Shown piece by piece: positions 24,027-37,739 of a stretch of 64,000 nucleotides of DNA. Below the pieces are notes generated by a model. It saw only the letters and a program-made list of their open reading frames with translations, was not told where the DNA came from and did not search any database. The stretch is from Mytilus californianus (Eukaryota): contig NW_026262679.1 of the NCBI RefSeq assembly GCF_021869535.1, forward strand, positions 89,900,001-89,964,000, given 5' to 3'. Within the stretch, counting starts at the first letter, position 1. Each line of letters begins with the position of its first letter. The position numbers were made by a program, and so were the translations under genes.

Positions 24027-24953
24027 CTACCCAATAACCAAGTGGTTATTGTATAAATGGAGCTGATGCATCATTTCACATGTCGATTGATGAAAAACTA
24101 ATTTGTTGTCACAAAAATCAGGCTTTAAATACTTCCTATAGCTATCATTATAATAAGTACCTAATTGCACAATACGGTCATTATCACCTACAAAATGTAC
24201 AAAATTTATGTTATCATTATATACAGACAACCATTCTGCCATAGAAGTACCGCCATATTCAGTTTCAATCAATTCGTCCTTATTTTTGCATTCACTTTCA
24301 CTGCAATAAGTCTTTTTAGAAATAAGGGAAATGAGATCCATTCCCAAAACTAGAAACATATCATCAATTCTGTTATTCCTGTCAATCTGTTTTCTCTTGC
24401 CGTGTCTCCATCCATAATATAGAGTTCCGGATTTCAAACTATCTAATCTTTGAAAAATCTGAGGAACACATACAAAAGCATCGTCGTCGATTCGGGCCCC
24501 CATAAGAGCGTATGGATATACCTTATAGATATAATGCCACCACACGTACATTTTTTCACCAAATTTTACAGCTTGTCCATTGTGTGATACATTTAGATAC
24601 ACTATGTCATTGTGCAAGTTATTTTCTTGGATTGACTCAGAAGATGGGTTGTCTAACAAAAACTTATATGTAACATTGAAAGGTAATATATCCTTTAAAT
24701 ATAACATTGTTTTAATCCAAGTGTCTCTTTGAGTAACCCGAAAATGATAATTCTTTTGTTGACTTAAAATTCCTAATATAATGTGAGGTCGGTTCTCTTT
24801 TGAGCCATTCGTTTTCGTAGATTTGTCAAATTGTCGGATATAAAATAAACCAGAAAACACAAAATATAGCAGAAAAAATCCACTTATTATTTTAGGAATC
24901 CGTGTTTTGTACAAACATTTGATGACTTTAAAAAACTTTCTATTAAAACTCAT
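24027..24953 (-). CDS. Divergent GT31-like (GT-A fold) type II membrane glycosyltransferase, 308 aa, single-exon CDS
   Basis: Basic N-terminus and TM (IISGFFLLYFVFSGLFYI); IILGILS...RVTQRDTW, YKFLLD, ENNLHNDIVYL, EKM, ARIDDDAFV, LYYG. The canonical EDV motif is not evident. Confidence 0.8.
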   Translation of the reverse strand: MSFNRKFFKVIKCLYKTRIPKIISGFFLLYFVFSGLFYIRQFDKSTKTNGSKENRPHIILGILSQQKNYHFRVTQRDTWIKTMLYLKDILPFNVTYKFLLDNPSSESIQENNLHNDIVYLNVSHNGQAVKFGEKMYVWWHYIYKVYPYALMGARIDDDAFVCVPQIFQRLDSLKSGTLYYGWRHGKRKQIDRNNRIDDMFLVLGMDLISLISKKTYCSESECKNKDELIETEYGGTSMAEWLSVYNDNINFVHFVGDNDRIVQLGTYYNDSYRKYLKPDFCDNKLVFHQSTCEMMHQLHLYNNHLVIG

Positions 24954-25779
24954 TTTGCAAATGTCGACTATTCACAAAATTGATATTGAATTACAAGATT
25001 ATTGATTAACCAAATTTTCCTAACCGTCAAGCGACACAGCATTATATATATATCGATGGTCTTGATTTTCTGAAGACTTCTCCATGCAGCAACAATTAGG
25101 CGTATCATAAATATTTCTACAGATGTTTTGGATCTGAAATTTATCAAATAAAAATATATCTCCATTCATTTATCCAAGTTATCATGAGATTATCAAAAAT
25201 CTATTTCAAACAATATTACTCTTATATTGTTTTCAATGGATAATTCAAGATCAAATTCATTTTATTAAATTTTATGTTATTTGCTGATTTAAGCAAATTT
25301 GAACATGACCCCCAGCTTTCTAGGTTTTCTTCCTCATTATCTCACATCAGCTACGGCATAACAAGCAGCTAATCAATGTAAAATTCTTAAGAATGTTCTC
25401 GCAGAAGTTGTTATATTGTTGAAAGTCAACCATGAATCGAAATAAACTACCTATATCACTTGCAAATGGTGTTGCTATATTTTGACGGGTTGTTTTGAAT
25501 TAAAATCTAAAAGTGTATTGTTACTATTATTTTCAATGACTCAAATAAATAGTGACGAATTCTATTTGATTGTTTGTTGAAACTAATGTACAAGTGTTAT
25601 AAATCAGTAATTTGATAAATCAAAATGGTATGCATATATCATAAAGGAAAACCAAAAGATATCAAAGGGACATTCAAACTCATAAGTCAAAAACAAACTG
25701 ACAACGCCATGGCAAAAAGTAAAAACGACCAAAAGACAAACACCAGTATACAAGAATGTCACCTGCATTGGTATACACC

Positions 25780-25990
25780 TACTAGGAATTCGTTATTATT
25801 CGTTGGTTACCAATTTTTTTTAAGAATTTCTGGGATACAGGTGAACCTCAAATTTAAATGTTTAACAAAATATAAATTTCTATATACATGCATACAGACT
25901 TTGTCAAAACCACGAAATTAAATATCCATGAAAATGCAACTTTTTCACAATCCACGAAAAATCACCCGCACGAAAATATATGAATCCTAC
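25780..25990. mobile_element. MITE-like repeat with internal CCACGAAA sub-repeats
   Basis: Repeated ACCACGAAA/TCCACGAAA and terminal TGAATCC. Resembles a common bivalve MITE from recall only. Confidence 0.35.
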
Positions 25991-27204
25991 TTTTTGTTAG
26001 GTTTTTTTTAAGGTTTTCTGGGTGTCGTCTTTTAGAATGGTCAAGATAAGAAACGTTCTCCGATGTGTCTAAACAGTGTTTCAATCCAGTCGGACGTGTC
26101 GTTCAAATTAGCCCGAGTTGCCTTTTCAAACTGGCCCAAGTTGTCTATAAAAATGGCCCAAGATGTCTTCGTCCGAGTTGTCCTGATTCCCAACTCTTCG
26201 TTTTTTGTTCTTTGTAGATTGTTTAATCATTGATCAGGCCGTTAGTTTTCTTTTGAAAAGTTTCACGTTTTGCAATTCCAGTATCTTTAATAGCTTATAA
26301 AACAGTACATTTTTCCATTGTTGAACTATTGGGATGGATATATCATTGGCGATCAAATCACAACTAATTTGTATATATGTGTATTGTGATGGTAGCGAAA
26401 CTAATAATTGGTATTGTGAATTCAGAGAGGAGTTGTTCACTAACTCATAATTAATTTTGGCCCTTAAAATATGATAATTTCAAAATGCGATAATGTTTGA
26501 AAATTTTCTGAAAACATATGTAAAAGTGTAGAATTGTTTCAGTTAAAAAAGATTTCACCGATTGTGTCATGTATTTGTGACGTCATGGATGATGATGATT
26601 TTCGTTAAATCTGATTTTTGGCATAATTTGGCATAAATAATGGCAGTTTTAGGAAGATTTAACAGTTGCACTACCCATATCTAACAAATTTTTCTGCTAG
26701 AGTATTTTCTATGTACTATATTTTAAACCTTTGAACCAAAATTTTAATAGACAGGTGGTGGCGCCACATATGAAAAAGGTCATAAAAATTAAACATATCC
26801 AGAGAAATGGACTAAAATGAAATCTACGCTCATTTCATGCTAACATATTTATAGACATGAAGCTGATATACAAATGTTCTTATTATACTTACGAATACAA
26901 CAAATTTAGCAATACATCCACACAGATATACTAAAACAATTTAATAAAAAAAATACCAATTTACAGGGTCTTTATTGGGGTTACTTGCTGTGCTCCTTTG
27001 CGCAGTATGTGTTATTGCAGCTGTTAAAAAATGGACACAAAATCGCGTTTTAATTATCATTATTCAGGAAATGATTAGTCGGCAGTAACATTTTTCTAGT
27101 TGCTTCGTTTCCCATTTCGTACAGTCCTCTCATAGTTTTGAACTTGGTTTTTTTTTATTTCTAAATACTTTGTTCCTAATAGTTAATAGAGATATGTTTT
27201 AATC

Positions 27205-27250
27205 GAGCGACACTTATGAGTCTTGTGTAGACGAACTGCGCTCATGTGTA
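27205..27250 (+). ncRNA. Degenerate family 1 hammerhead relic
   Basis: GAGCGACACTTATGAGTCTTGTGTAGACGAACTGCGCTC; core CTTATGA and GAAC. Confidence 0.5.
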
Positions 27251-27524
27251 CAATAGTGTAAGTCTGGTATCAATGATGACTTTGATAATCATATAAAAAG
27301 ATGATTTTAAATATTTTTGGACTTTATATTATAAATAGATTACGAACGATATATTCCCTATATTGCCTTCTTTTATAAACCATTACTATGTCGAAGATAA
27401 AAAAATTCTATATTTACATATATATTTTTTTTCAGAAATTACAACAGGTATGTTTGTTGTATTTTAATAGACAACTACCTTACCCTATTCCGACAAATAT
27501 AAATAATGCAGTCACCTTTTAGAT

Positions 27525-27825
27525 AAACAAAGATACCAGGATTAAATTTTGTATTTACGCCAGACGCGCGTTTCGTCTACAAAAGACACACCAGTGACGC
27601 TCGAATCCAAACAAGTTAAAAAGGCCAAATAAAGCACGAAGTTGAAGAGCATTGAGGACCAAAATTCCTTAATGTTTTGCCTAATACAGCTAAGGTAATC
27701 TATTCCTGAGGTAGAAAAGACATAGTATTTCAAAATTTCAAAAGTTTTGTAAACAGTTAATTTATAAATATGACCATATCAATGATAATTCATGTCAGCA
27801 CAGAGGTGCTGACTACTGGACTGGT
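27525..27825 (-). mobile_element. Retrozyme family 1-type monomer (diverged); hammerhead at 27557-27600 has core CTGGTGT
   Basis: Reverse complement aligns along the 355-bp unit, including GTCAGCAC..GTGCTGAC hairpin remnant and GTAGACGAAACGCGCGTCTGGCGTA. Confidence 0.8.
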
Positions 27826-28018
27826 AAATATAACTCCTAAACTTTCGATCACGATTCTCGTACTCATATCAATCAATCAATCAAAGTACCGATTTGGTGT
27901 TTATGGTACATTTTTTTGTATTCCGAAAACTTGGTTAAGCTTTATGACCGAAAACCACGACGACTGGTCAAGTCTGGAGCAGCATTATAATCAAGACTGG
28001 TAAAATTTCAGACATAGT

Positions 28019-28242
28019 AATAAGAAGATGTGGTATGAGTGCCAATGAGACAACTCTCCATCCAAGTCACAATTTGTAAAAAGTAAACCACAATAGGTCA
28101 AAGTACGGCCTTCAACACGGAGCTTTGGCTCACATTGAACAGCAAGCTATAAAGAGCCCCAAAATGACTAGTGTAAAACAATTCAAACAGGAAAACCAAC
28201 AGTCTAATCGATATAAAAACTAGAAACACTTATGAACCACAT
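28019..28242 (+). repeat. Interspersed repeat family B (other copies 45068-45415 +, 49560-49982 -, 17735-17843 +, about 40945-40990 -)
   Basis: AATAAGAAGATGTGGTATGAGTGCCAATGAGACAACTCTCCATCCAAGTCACAATTT...GGTCAAAGTACGGCCTTC shared among copies. Confidence 0.85.
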
Positions 28243-31201
28243 GTCTATAAGGTTGGGCAAAAACAGATACCGATAAACTAAATTGCTTGTTTGCTCTAAA
28301 TATTATTAAGCTTACGTTTAAAGTAATAAAAACATATGTTCAAAATTAACTAGCGTATGGTCTATGACCGCTTACACCTTTATGCGATGACAGTACATAT
28401 ATCCTAAATTGATATAAGGAATACATCATAAAATTTGAAGATTATTTAATTACAATTATCAATCTAAATTGACATGTCCTACTAACATAATAATTACTTA
28501 CATCTTTTTCACTTCAGTTTCGCTCTCAAAATTTCATATTACTTCATATTCGGTTATCATTATGGCAATACTATAAAATGACTGATTATTTTCTGCACTG
28601 TTATTGATTCGATGTTAGCAGCATTAGCCTCTGGACTCGAAATGTCGAGATTTAATTCAATAATCTATATTCATATATTATGGAAAAAATTGAAACGGGC
28701 GGGTCGCAAAGTTTTGAATGAATTATTCGTATTCTTCAAAAAACCAACTTTGCACAATAGAGTTGCGTGAAATCATACGTGAACTCTTCGTTTCTTAGTC
28801 CTGGTGTAGTTCTGCAAGTATTGATGAGATTTATCATTTCCCATCCAAGCACTTATCATGCTAACGCTATTGCAATGTTATCTATAACACTAAAAGTTCG
28901 TAGGAGGCATAAACGAGATATTGACCACATATATTATATTGTGACGAAAAGTTAGGTATACAACTTGACTTAAAGTGCGTATCCGTCTGTTGGTGCTGTG
29001 TTGTTGGGTGTAAAGGTTTCAGGTCGTGCCTTTCACTCGTACACGGACGACAAATGCCAAGTATACTCTATCACAGGGTTACACTAGAAATATACTGGTA
29101 GCGTGATTAAGGGAATCCTGGTCACATAAATAAATAAATGGATCCTGGTATAGTCTGAACGAAATCTTGTAAGTGAACATAAACACGAAATCGAATAAAA
29201 GTTCAATACTGTATTATCAAAATCACACGACTATGACAAAGTTACAAGTATAACAAAATGTACATCTAATTTCAGGCTCAACAATACGGTTCTCCTCTCT
29301 ACTATAAACGTAACTGTCCTCTCCTCACTATAAATTCTCTCTATCCCCTATCTCACGCTCTTTCTCTCTTTTATATCACTCCTACAAGCCCGTGTACAAA
29401 TATGGACTACTAGGACAACCGGGCTCCGTGTATTCCGTGCTCCGGAAATCCGGGCTCCTAGTGTTCCGTGCTCCTTACAATAATTTACTAGGGCAGCATA
29501 TGTAAATCATTAGGGCTCATTAGTCAAACAAAGAAATCTAAATATAACTCTTAATTAATATCTCTGATGATCTCTAACTGTATTAAATGGCTATTTGTGA
29601 AAATACAAATGTAGGTAAACCTGATACAATTACATAACACACTTGACCTTACATATAAAAATGTTACAATATTTTTTTTTCTTTTTAAGCTATGGCATTG
29701 TCTGTTTATTTTCGACTTGTGAGTTTGAATGTCCCTCTGGTAGCTTGCACCTCTCTTGATATGATAAGGTCATGGATATAGATTTTTTTTCGACGGAAAT
29801 GAACTGGTATTTTCAAATTACAACTGTTAAATGGAAAGCTGTTGAGTTACATGTAGCCTGTTTCAATTTGTAACAAAAATCAAACATAATTAATTTGTAG
29901 GTCATTTTCAACCAGAAAGTATGGTAAAGATGTATTTTAAACATTATATATGATCGAATCTTCTTTACCAAGTGTTACGTATTGTGACTTTAGTAATTTA
30001 ATTGTTAGAGGAAAATCATTACTGATTTGTTCTTTTTGATGTCCCTTTATGAACGTAATTGTTTTTCCTGTACTCAATAAAACCTTCTTCTGTTGAGATG
30101 GATCAAGCCATAACAATGCAGATTGTGAACCTTTTTTTACCGAGCAAATACCACCCACCCATCTTACACACACGACATTTGTCACTTAATAATGACAAAA
30201 GGACGGGGTATTACCTGATATAACTTTACATTCCATTATACAGACAAAAATACATATAATCCAAATGTAATTTTGATGTTATGTATCAAACGTCAAGCTG
30301 TGCAAAATGCATTTCATTTCTAAGAAAAAAACGAGCTGAATTTGATAAATTTATGTTTGGCAAAAATTGGCAGACAGAAACATTTATCTCAGTTATTCTC
30401 AATAATAATCCCATCGATATTCACATTCTGGAGCACCTGAGATTACCCCCTAAATTACTTTGTGGGATTCGAGTTGGTCCATCATTAGTCTTCTTTGTTG
30501 TCTTTTGTAGACTGTTGTTTGTCTTTTTGTACGTTTGTCGTTTATTATACTGACGTTGTCAGTTTCACTTCGACTTATGAGTTTGGAAATCCCTTTGCTA
30601 TCATCCACCTCTCTTTTATGATAGAGTACATTTTATCATTCAAAATGTATTAGTCTTATATCTATCGAATAATAAACTTCATACCTGCAGATATAACATT
30701 TATTCCGCTGTTATAAAATTAATGCAATATAATACATTGGATTTTTTCCGATATCTCGATATGCATTGATCATTGTTCATTTTAGTATTCATGCATGGTT
30801 AATTATTATACTTTTCAATGAATATGGTAATCTTTAACCAAAATATTGAAATCACAAATTCATTTAAAGTTTTTGATACAGTTACTTGTATCCTTGTAAC
30901 GTGTATCTTATTCAGTTATATCATTTCGGTACTGCCATGATTAATAACAAACTTCTGAGAAACAGTTTTGGCATCTTTATGATTCATAAAGCATAACATA
31001 TAGAAATAGAAAACGTGTGTTAAACTGACACAAATGGCTATCCATAGAAAAAATAATTGCACGATTAAAATTTAAACCTTATAACTGTAAGCCATTATCG
31101 TACTAATATTAGCGGTGTTTAATTTTCAAACTCTACAAAAGGCTGAAGTAATCAAACTATGCACGTCAATTGGCTGTCTAAACAAAAACAAACATTATTA
31201 G

Positions 31202-31317
31202 TTACATAGTGTGCTAGTGACCTAATACGATATATATGGGGTGAGAGCGAAGCTCGAATCCCCATATGGAATTTACTGACCCCATATATATCGTATAAGG
31301 TCACTAGCATACTGTAA
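31202..31317. mobile_element. Short palindromic MITE-like element
   Basis: TGCTAGTGACCTAATACGATATATATGGGG (from 31212) is the inverted repeat of CCCCATATATATCGTATAAGGTCACTAGCA (ends 31309): 30 bp, 1 mismatch. Confidence 0.65.
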
Positions 31318-32711
31318 TGGCCTGACCATTAAGTATAACCGACGATTGGGCTCAAACAGAAAAGACTATCAGGTGCTGATACTTTAATTATGAACCAATC
31401 TGACATATGGTAAAAAGCTGAAATACAAAATAAAATACAAATTTACAATGTGTAGAATAAATGTTAAAATGAATGAAAAGTAAAATATAATTGATATCAC
31501 AGTCCGTTGAATGCGAGAAAATGTTGTACTCTCAAGAACGGTTAAATTTCCAGTATTTCACGGTGAAAAGGTTCATATATATGAAGAGCAATTTGAAGGC
31601 TTCAGATACAATGCTATAAAATTAACTTACTCTGTGGTTAGCCAGGAGTTGTGTCAAAGATGACGTTTGTCCTTAGAATGTTCTCCATTACTGGGATGAC
31701 CTTGCAATTCAGTTCGAGATACGTGTAAGAAAGAGAAAAAGGTAACGATGATACGATGTTTTAAAGTTCTTACAACTTCTTATAAGGTTTAAAGATGAAT
31801 AATCCTCCTAGACTGGAACTCATAAACAGATTAAGAATATAATCAAACGAACTATATAAATTGAGAAAAGGCGTAACAGAATACATACTATGTAACGAAT
31901 TTATCTTACCGACTATCTTAACATGTGGTATTTAGACTAGTGGCCTATCAAAGTGACCAAGCCTTCAATACCGTTAGTATTAAGAGCCTACTTCCATTGG
32001 TCTATACAAAAACAAAAGCCAACAATAACAACTTGTTAGCTTTAAATGTGTTTTATGAATTTATTTCAATCGTTCATAATCAATTTCTTCGTCTGTTGAA
32101 ACCTTTAAGATTTTTCCTCAACACTGTGTTGTTTTTATAAAGGAACGTTACACCACTACTAACCGTGTATTGAAATAAGCCCCGCCTACTAACCCAATAT
32201 TGAACCCTACTAACCCAATATGGAATATACACGGTCTCCACGAGGTTGCTTTCAACCAATCGTATTCCTAGAAATGTATAGGAGGTAAGATAAAATAAAA
32301 TACAGGATTAAACTAGTTTAAGATGTTAAATATTAACTTAAAGAATCGGAAAATGTACTCACACTATAGTTTAGCAATTGAAAGATTGCGCGAAATACGA
32401 ATTATCGAAAAGGGAAACACTATCTCGCTCGACAGTGCCATGTGAGAATATTGATAAAAATATTGAATGCTAGTACGTGTAACAAACAGTAAAAGCACAG
32501 GTAAAAATTCGAGAGCCTCGATTAATCTAATATGAGTCTTAAAAAATAAATCGCAAACATTACATTGCTTAATGTGACTTGTTTTTATTACATGCATTTT
32601 AATAGAATTTCAAAACATTACATTGTTATTGGCAATTATTAAATCACAGATCACTTGCCTTGGGTATTTCATATTTTGTATTTCAAAATGAAATGTGAAA
32701 TTCGAAACAAC

Positions 32712-33114
32712 CACCGCCTCGATGGTCTTATGGTACAATGCGTGCGACGAGGTCGTGGGTTGGGTCCCAGTTGATAAAAACAAAGGCTTGAAAATTTGTA
32801 TTTGGTGCTTCTCCGCTAAACACTCAGCAATTGGGAGTAAGAAAGAAGTCCGATCGGCAAGGAGTCAGAATAGTGTATATCTGTAGGTTAATGCGTTCTG
32901 GATGACTCTTATCTTGTGTACTAACACGAAAAATCTGTCTTTAAGCCACGTTATTTAGTCTCGTTTTGATAGATATCTCACTGACAATCTTCTTACCACT
33001 TATCTTTATTATTTTATTCAGTGTGTTGGTCTTGGGTTCATACTCATATCACATGAACACGTTCTCGTTCTAATTTGTTATGATATGCATGTAATAATTG
33101 CCATAGGACGTTAA
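32712..33114 (+). mobile_element. tRNA-derived SINE relic
   Basis: Degenerate A box (TGGTCTTATGG) and B box (GGTTGGGTCCC), then TGCTTCTCCGCTAAACACTCAGCAATT, a central domain typical of mollusc SINEs (recall). Confidence 0.55.
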
Positions 33115-33272
33115 AGGGGCATTAGATGTTTTTTTTAGATAAAAATCAAAAAACGATTATTATTTGTTTTCTAACAGCTCTATAGGCGGAATAATGAAAC
33201 AATATTATTAATGTTTCGCTTCTAGAAGTCAGTTTGGTTCAATTTGGTAAACATAAGATCGGAAACATAGCA

Positions 33273-33424
33273 ATAGTTATCAAAGGTACCAGGATTATAA
33301 TTTAATACGCCAGACGCGCGTTTCGTCTACATAAGACTCATTAGTGACGCTCAGATCAAAATAGTTATAAAGCCAAACAAGTACAAAGTAAAGAGCATTG
33401 AGGACCCAAAATTCCAAAAAGTTG
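33273..33424 (-). mobile_element. Retrozyme family 1 fragment; hammerhead at 33307-33350 with core CTAATGA (G5 to A)
   Basis: Reverse complement nearly identical to 990-1150 except the core mutation. Confidence 0.85.
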
Positions 33425-34255
33425 CAAATGTCTATTAAAATGTAAAGAATGTCGGTAGTGAAAAGTGAAATAAGGGAGCCACCATAAACAAAAACCAATT
33501 TCTTTGACCGATTCGACCCACAAGAAATCATTCATATTCAGGTAAAACTATGATTTCAATACTAGTATTAATGTTTTAAATCTATGAAATGAATTTAAAC
33601 AGACATGGATAAATCGTAGTTACACAACTCCATTTGCTTCTCAGTCTATTTATATTTATGGTTATTTGTATATCGGGTCGAATGACTATCGGCGGTCTTC
33701 GGAGGTAATATCGCTGTTTAATTAGATGGCGTCTGGTTTAAAATACGCATGTAATACAGATACATTATATCGAGTCCATGCACTGTTAATTGTTATATTT
33801 TGGACTTTTTGTAATTGGATTTGTGTTTTAGTATGTTATGAATCAAATTTGAGAATTTAAGTCAAATCGGCGATCGAGAATTTAGCAGCTAATGTCCCTT
33901 TCAACACATATATAACGATTTACTGCTACAGGTCAAATTTGAAACGGAAACAATTAATTGAAGGTGTTAAGTAATGTGTGGTAACGAAATTACTGACATA
34001 ATAATTTACCAGGTACTCACCGTACGAAGGCGCCAAAAAGAACATCCCTTGTGAATTAAGAACAATCAACAATAGGAAACTAACAGTAATCTCTTTTGTG
34101 ATAATTTGTAGAAAAGTGTTTCCGATATGAAACAGAAATATCCAAAACAATATTGTTGTTAACATAAAATAATTAGTTCATCTTGGATAAATTTCTGCAG
34201 AATCGTTATACAATCATGATTATTTAAAGCAAAAGTATCAACAAGATGGCGGTTT

Positions 34256-35103
34256 ATAAAATTGAGAATGGAAATGGGGAATGTGTCAAAGAGACAACAA
34301 CCCGACCATAGAACAGACAACAGCAGAAGGTCACCAACAGGTCTTCAATGCAGCGAGAAATTCCCGCACCCAGAGGCGTCCTTCAGCTGGCCCCTAAACA
34401 AATATATATACTAGTTCAGTAATAATGAACGCCATACTAAACTCCAAATTGTACACAAGAAACTAAAATTAAAAATAATACAAGACTAACAAAGGCTAGA
34501 AGCTCCTGACTTGGGACAGGCGCAAAAATGCGGCGGGGTTAAACATGTTTATGAGATCTCAACCCTCCCCCTATACCTCTAGCCAATGTAGAAAAGTAAA
34601 CGCATAACAATACGCACATTAAAATTCAGTTCAAGAGAAGTCCGAGTCTGATGTCAGAAGATGTAACCAAAGAAAATAAACAAAATGACAATAATACATA
34701 AATAACAACAGACTACTAGCAGTTAACTGACATGCCAGCTCCAGACTTCAATTAAACTGATTGAAAGATTATGTCTTCATCATATGAATATCAGGCACAA
34801 TCCTTCCCGTTAGGGGTTTAGTATCATACCATCATAACATATATGAGAAGAACATAACCCGTGTCATGCCAACAACTGGTTTTTAAATAAATGTGTTTAG
34901 TGCCGATGCAAAGACCCTATAAGTGAATCAATATTAACGCCAAAATATGCAATCTTTAATGACCTGACAACAGTATCGTAACTATATCCCTTCTTGATAA
35001 GTCTATTTAAAGGTTTTGTTAGTTTCAGAGGTGAATACTGACATTTTTGTGCTTTATAAAGAATATTTCCATAAAAAATTGGATGTGAAATACCTGAACG
35101 TAT
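34256..35103 (+). repeat. Interspersed repeat family A, about 850 bp (direct copy 37740-38350; partial 59408-59750)
   Basis: AAATTGAGAATGGAAAT.GGGAA.GTGTCAAAGAGACAACAACCCGACC through GAAGAACATAACCCGT.TCATGCCAA collinear between copies. Confidence 0.9.
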
Positions 35104-35219
35104 GTATTTAATTTGTTTTCATCCAAAATAATTCAAACAGAGTTTTTCTGACATAGCTTTGATTTTTATTTAGATATCTAATTACATGAAAAGGATGGCT
35201 AAATGGAAGATTGTAAGAG

Positions 35220-36183
35220 TTAACGTCTAAATTCGATATTTTCATATCGATGAATAAGTTCCCAGTCTCTTAATAATGCGTATGCGAGATCATATCCAGG
35301 GGATGATAAGATATTTCTAAACATTTTAACGGGTTTTTTGAAGGGAAAAAACCCTTTATGATGTCGCATTTCTATCTTGAAAGCTGTTGCCACCATCCCA
35401 ATGTAAACATCTTCTATTTGGATTAACCGTACATGTCCTATCCCTGTTGAAAGCATGTGTATTGTTTTCATATTTGTTAATATGGTTCCTCCTATAATAT
35501 AAGACGGGAAGTATAGGAAAGGATAATCTTCAAATGAAATATAATTTTTTGAAGTCAAAGATCTGTCTGGTCGGGACAAATATACCATAAAACCCAACAT
35601 AACCGTATCTGATTGAGCAATGTTTTGTTTGGCTATATCATACACATTTATTGCGTTTACTAAACGATCATCATCTACACAGTGTACATATTCAGTCCTG
35701 ATATTATGTTTCGACAAGGAAAGCAATGCATACACAGTTTTATAAACTAAATTTTCATATTTATCTTCTATATTGAGTTGAATTACATCCTTATGCCGTT
35801 TTGATTCCCAATCAAGAAAATGGTCCATATTGTGTGATTGACCAACAACAAAGACAGTTTTTATTCGAAGGTTTTTCACATGTCCCCACGTCTTACGAAT
35901 AGCTTCTCGTTTACCAAAATTAAGTATGTGTGATTTCACAACAAACAATAATTGAATGGATTCAAATTCTTCAAACACTTCCATCGGATCTTCTCTAAAT
36001 ACTTTATCCAGCAAAAATGAGTTCAATGGCACGATATTTGATCTTCCATTTTCTTGAATATCAGATAAGATTTTGTCAGTATTGTTCCAAAATAATTTTC
36101 TTTTCTCAAAATATATCGAGTATTGTAGACCTTTCAGTTGGAATAAGACGAATCCACACATGAAACAAATAGAGCATTGTAAT
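35220..36183 (-). CDS. GT31 beta-1,3-galactosyltransferase-like main exon, close paralog of the 6071-7030 exon
   Basis: LLFVVKSHILNFGKREAIRKTWG, VFVVG, ESKRHKDVIQ..IEDKYENLVYKT, CVDDD, FPSYIIGG, IEDVYIG. Strong acceptor TTTTCTTCATTTTTCATTGCAG before 36183 (phase 2). The ORF-track start at 36242 is not ATG. Confidence 0.88.
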
Positions 36184-37739
36184 CTGCAATGAAAAATGAA
36201 GAAAATTAAGTTATGTCGAATTAATATATTGATTTTGAACAAGATAAAATTAACAAAATTGTTAAGGAACCGCTTTCTGTCTTCAAAATTGTAGAATGGT
36301 CTTTATTTCTGTGTGTCACTTCGGTAGTCTTTCATGGATGGCAAATTATATCATGTAGTTATATATCTTAATTAGAATATATCTACATTTAAGTATTCGT
36401 AGAGATGTTTTATATAAGGTTGTAATTCTCCACTATAATTCCTAGCATGAACTAGTCGCCGGTCCAACCGTTTTTTTGCATACTTCAAATCATGCGTTGG
36501 GTCTGTTAATTTCAATTTCATAACAATTCGTGTAAAACACCGTTTCAATTGTCTATTCTATTACTGTTTGACTACAAATTGTTCAGATCTGTAACACGTC
36601 GTTTTTTGTATTTCTTGAAGCATGATACAGTTAGATTTTCCGTTTTTTTTTTAAACTCAGATAGCCAAAACAATTATTTCAAATACCAGATATACATTTC
36701 CAAGGATACAGGAACCCTAATAAACGGCCCTGTAAAGATGTTATTTTTTTATAATTTCAATTATTAAAGTAAATCTAATAGTCTATGATTTGCTAAATGT
36801 GTGATATTTAAAAGTATGATACGAAATTTGTTTATCTGCTTCATATCTATATATATATTTGCCTGAAATAGGAATGGATTTCATTTTCATCAATTTTTCT
36901 AGAAATTTGTCGTCTTTTTCCACATTTTAAAATGAATTTTTATAAGGCACCATTCCTCGCCCATTGAAATTTTTGTTGAAAAGTAAAGAATATGGAATAT
37001 AAAGAATATTTCAGAAAAAATATTTGTGGGTGAAGAGTGACGCCACTGTTAATTTTTCAGAAAACTGTCATAAATATTGCAGAATCCTGCAAATCGGGTT
37101 TTTACGAATTCACCTTCCTTATATCGTCACAAATACGTCGTTGATGAAGCATTTGGGGAAATATGTTTTTAACTGAAACACTTAGACATTTTAAAGTATG
37201 TTTTTTTTTTTATCAAATATTCACTTCATTATCACAGTGAAAGATCTTTAGAGCCAAAATTATGAGTTAGTGAACCAACAGGAAGTAGTATGGTAGATGA
37301 GTTGTTAGGTTTTTTTAAAAAAAAAAAAAGGGTTAAATTATACAAAGCTCCAGTCCAAGATTAAAGCTTTTAAACAATGTCAAGAAAACTAAGGTGTATC
37401 ATATTTAAACTATTTCTTTTAAAAAGAAAGCGTGTTACTATGGTGGGATGAAAATATTACTTCTTTCAAAACATAAAAGGTTCTCATGTTACGTAAAACG
37501 AACAAGTCAAGGGTAGCAAACTGTTCCTTTAAAAAAAAAGGTCACACATTTTACAACACACAAGTCATAGGTAGCACAAACAAATATTTCCTTTCCAGCA
37601 ATTTCAATGAATTAAGGAATTTCAGCTTGTTTGCTCTATGCGTAACAATAAAACGCCAATATTTCTTAAAAAGGGTAAATAATATAAGACACACAATTCA
37701 TAGGTACAAAAATATTCATTTCCTAAACAAATCAAATAA

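Noticed and set aside
27542-27733. ORFs ending DETRVWR (27542-27733, 33295-33531) and ORF 62938-63273 as a protein family
   Set aside because: They are chance translations of retrozyme sequence (GACGAAACGCGCGTCTGGCGT) or its antisense.
28960-29480. Solo LTR
   Set aside because: No clear TG...CA boundaries with TSD, no PBS and no second copy in the window.
31625-31720. Minus-strand exon with a GTAAGT donor
   Set aside because: Acceptor ambiguous and no supportive reading frame or homology.
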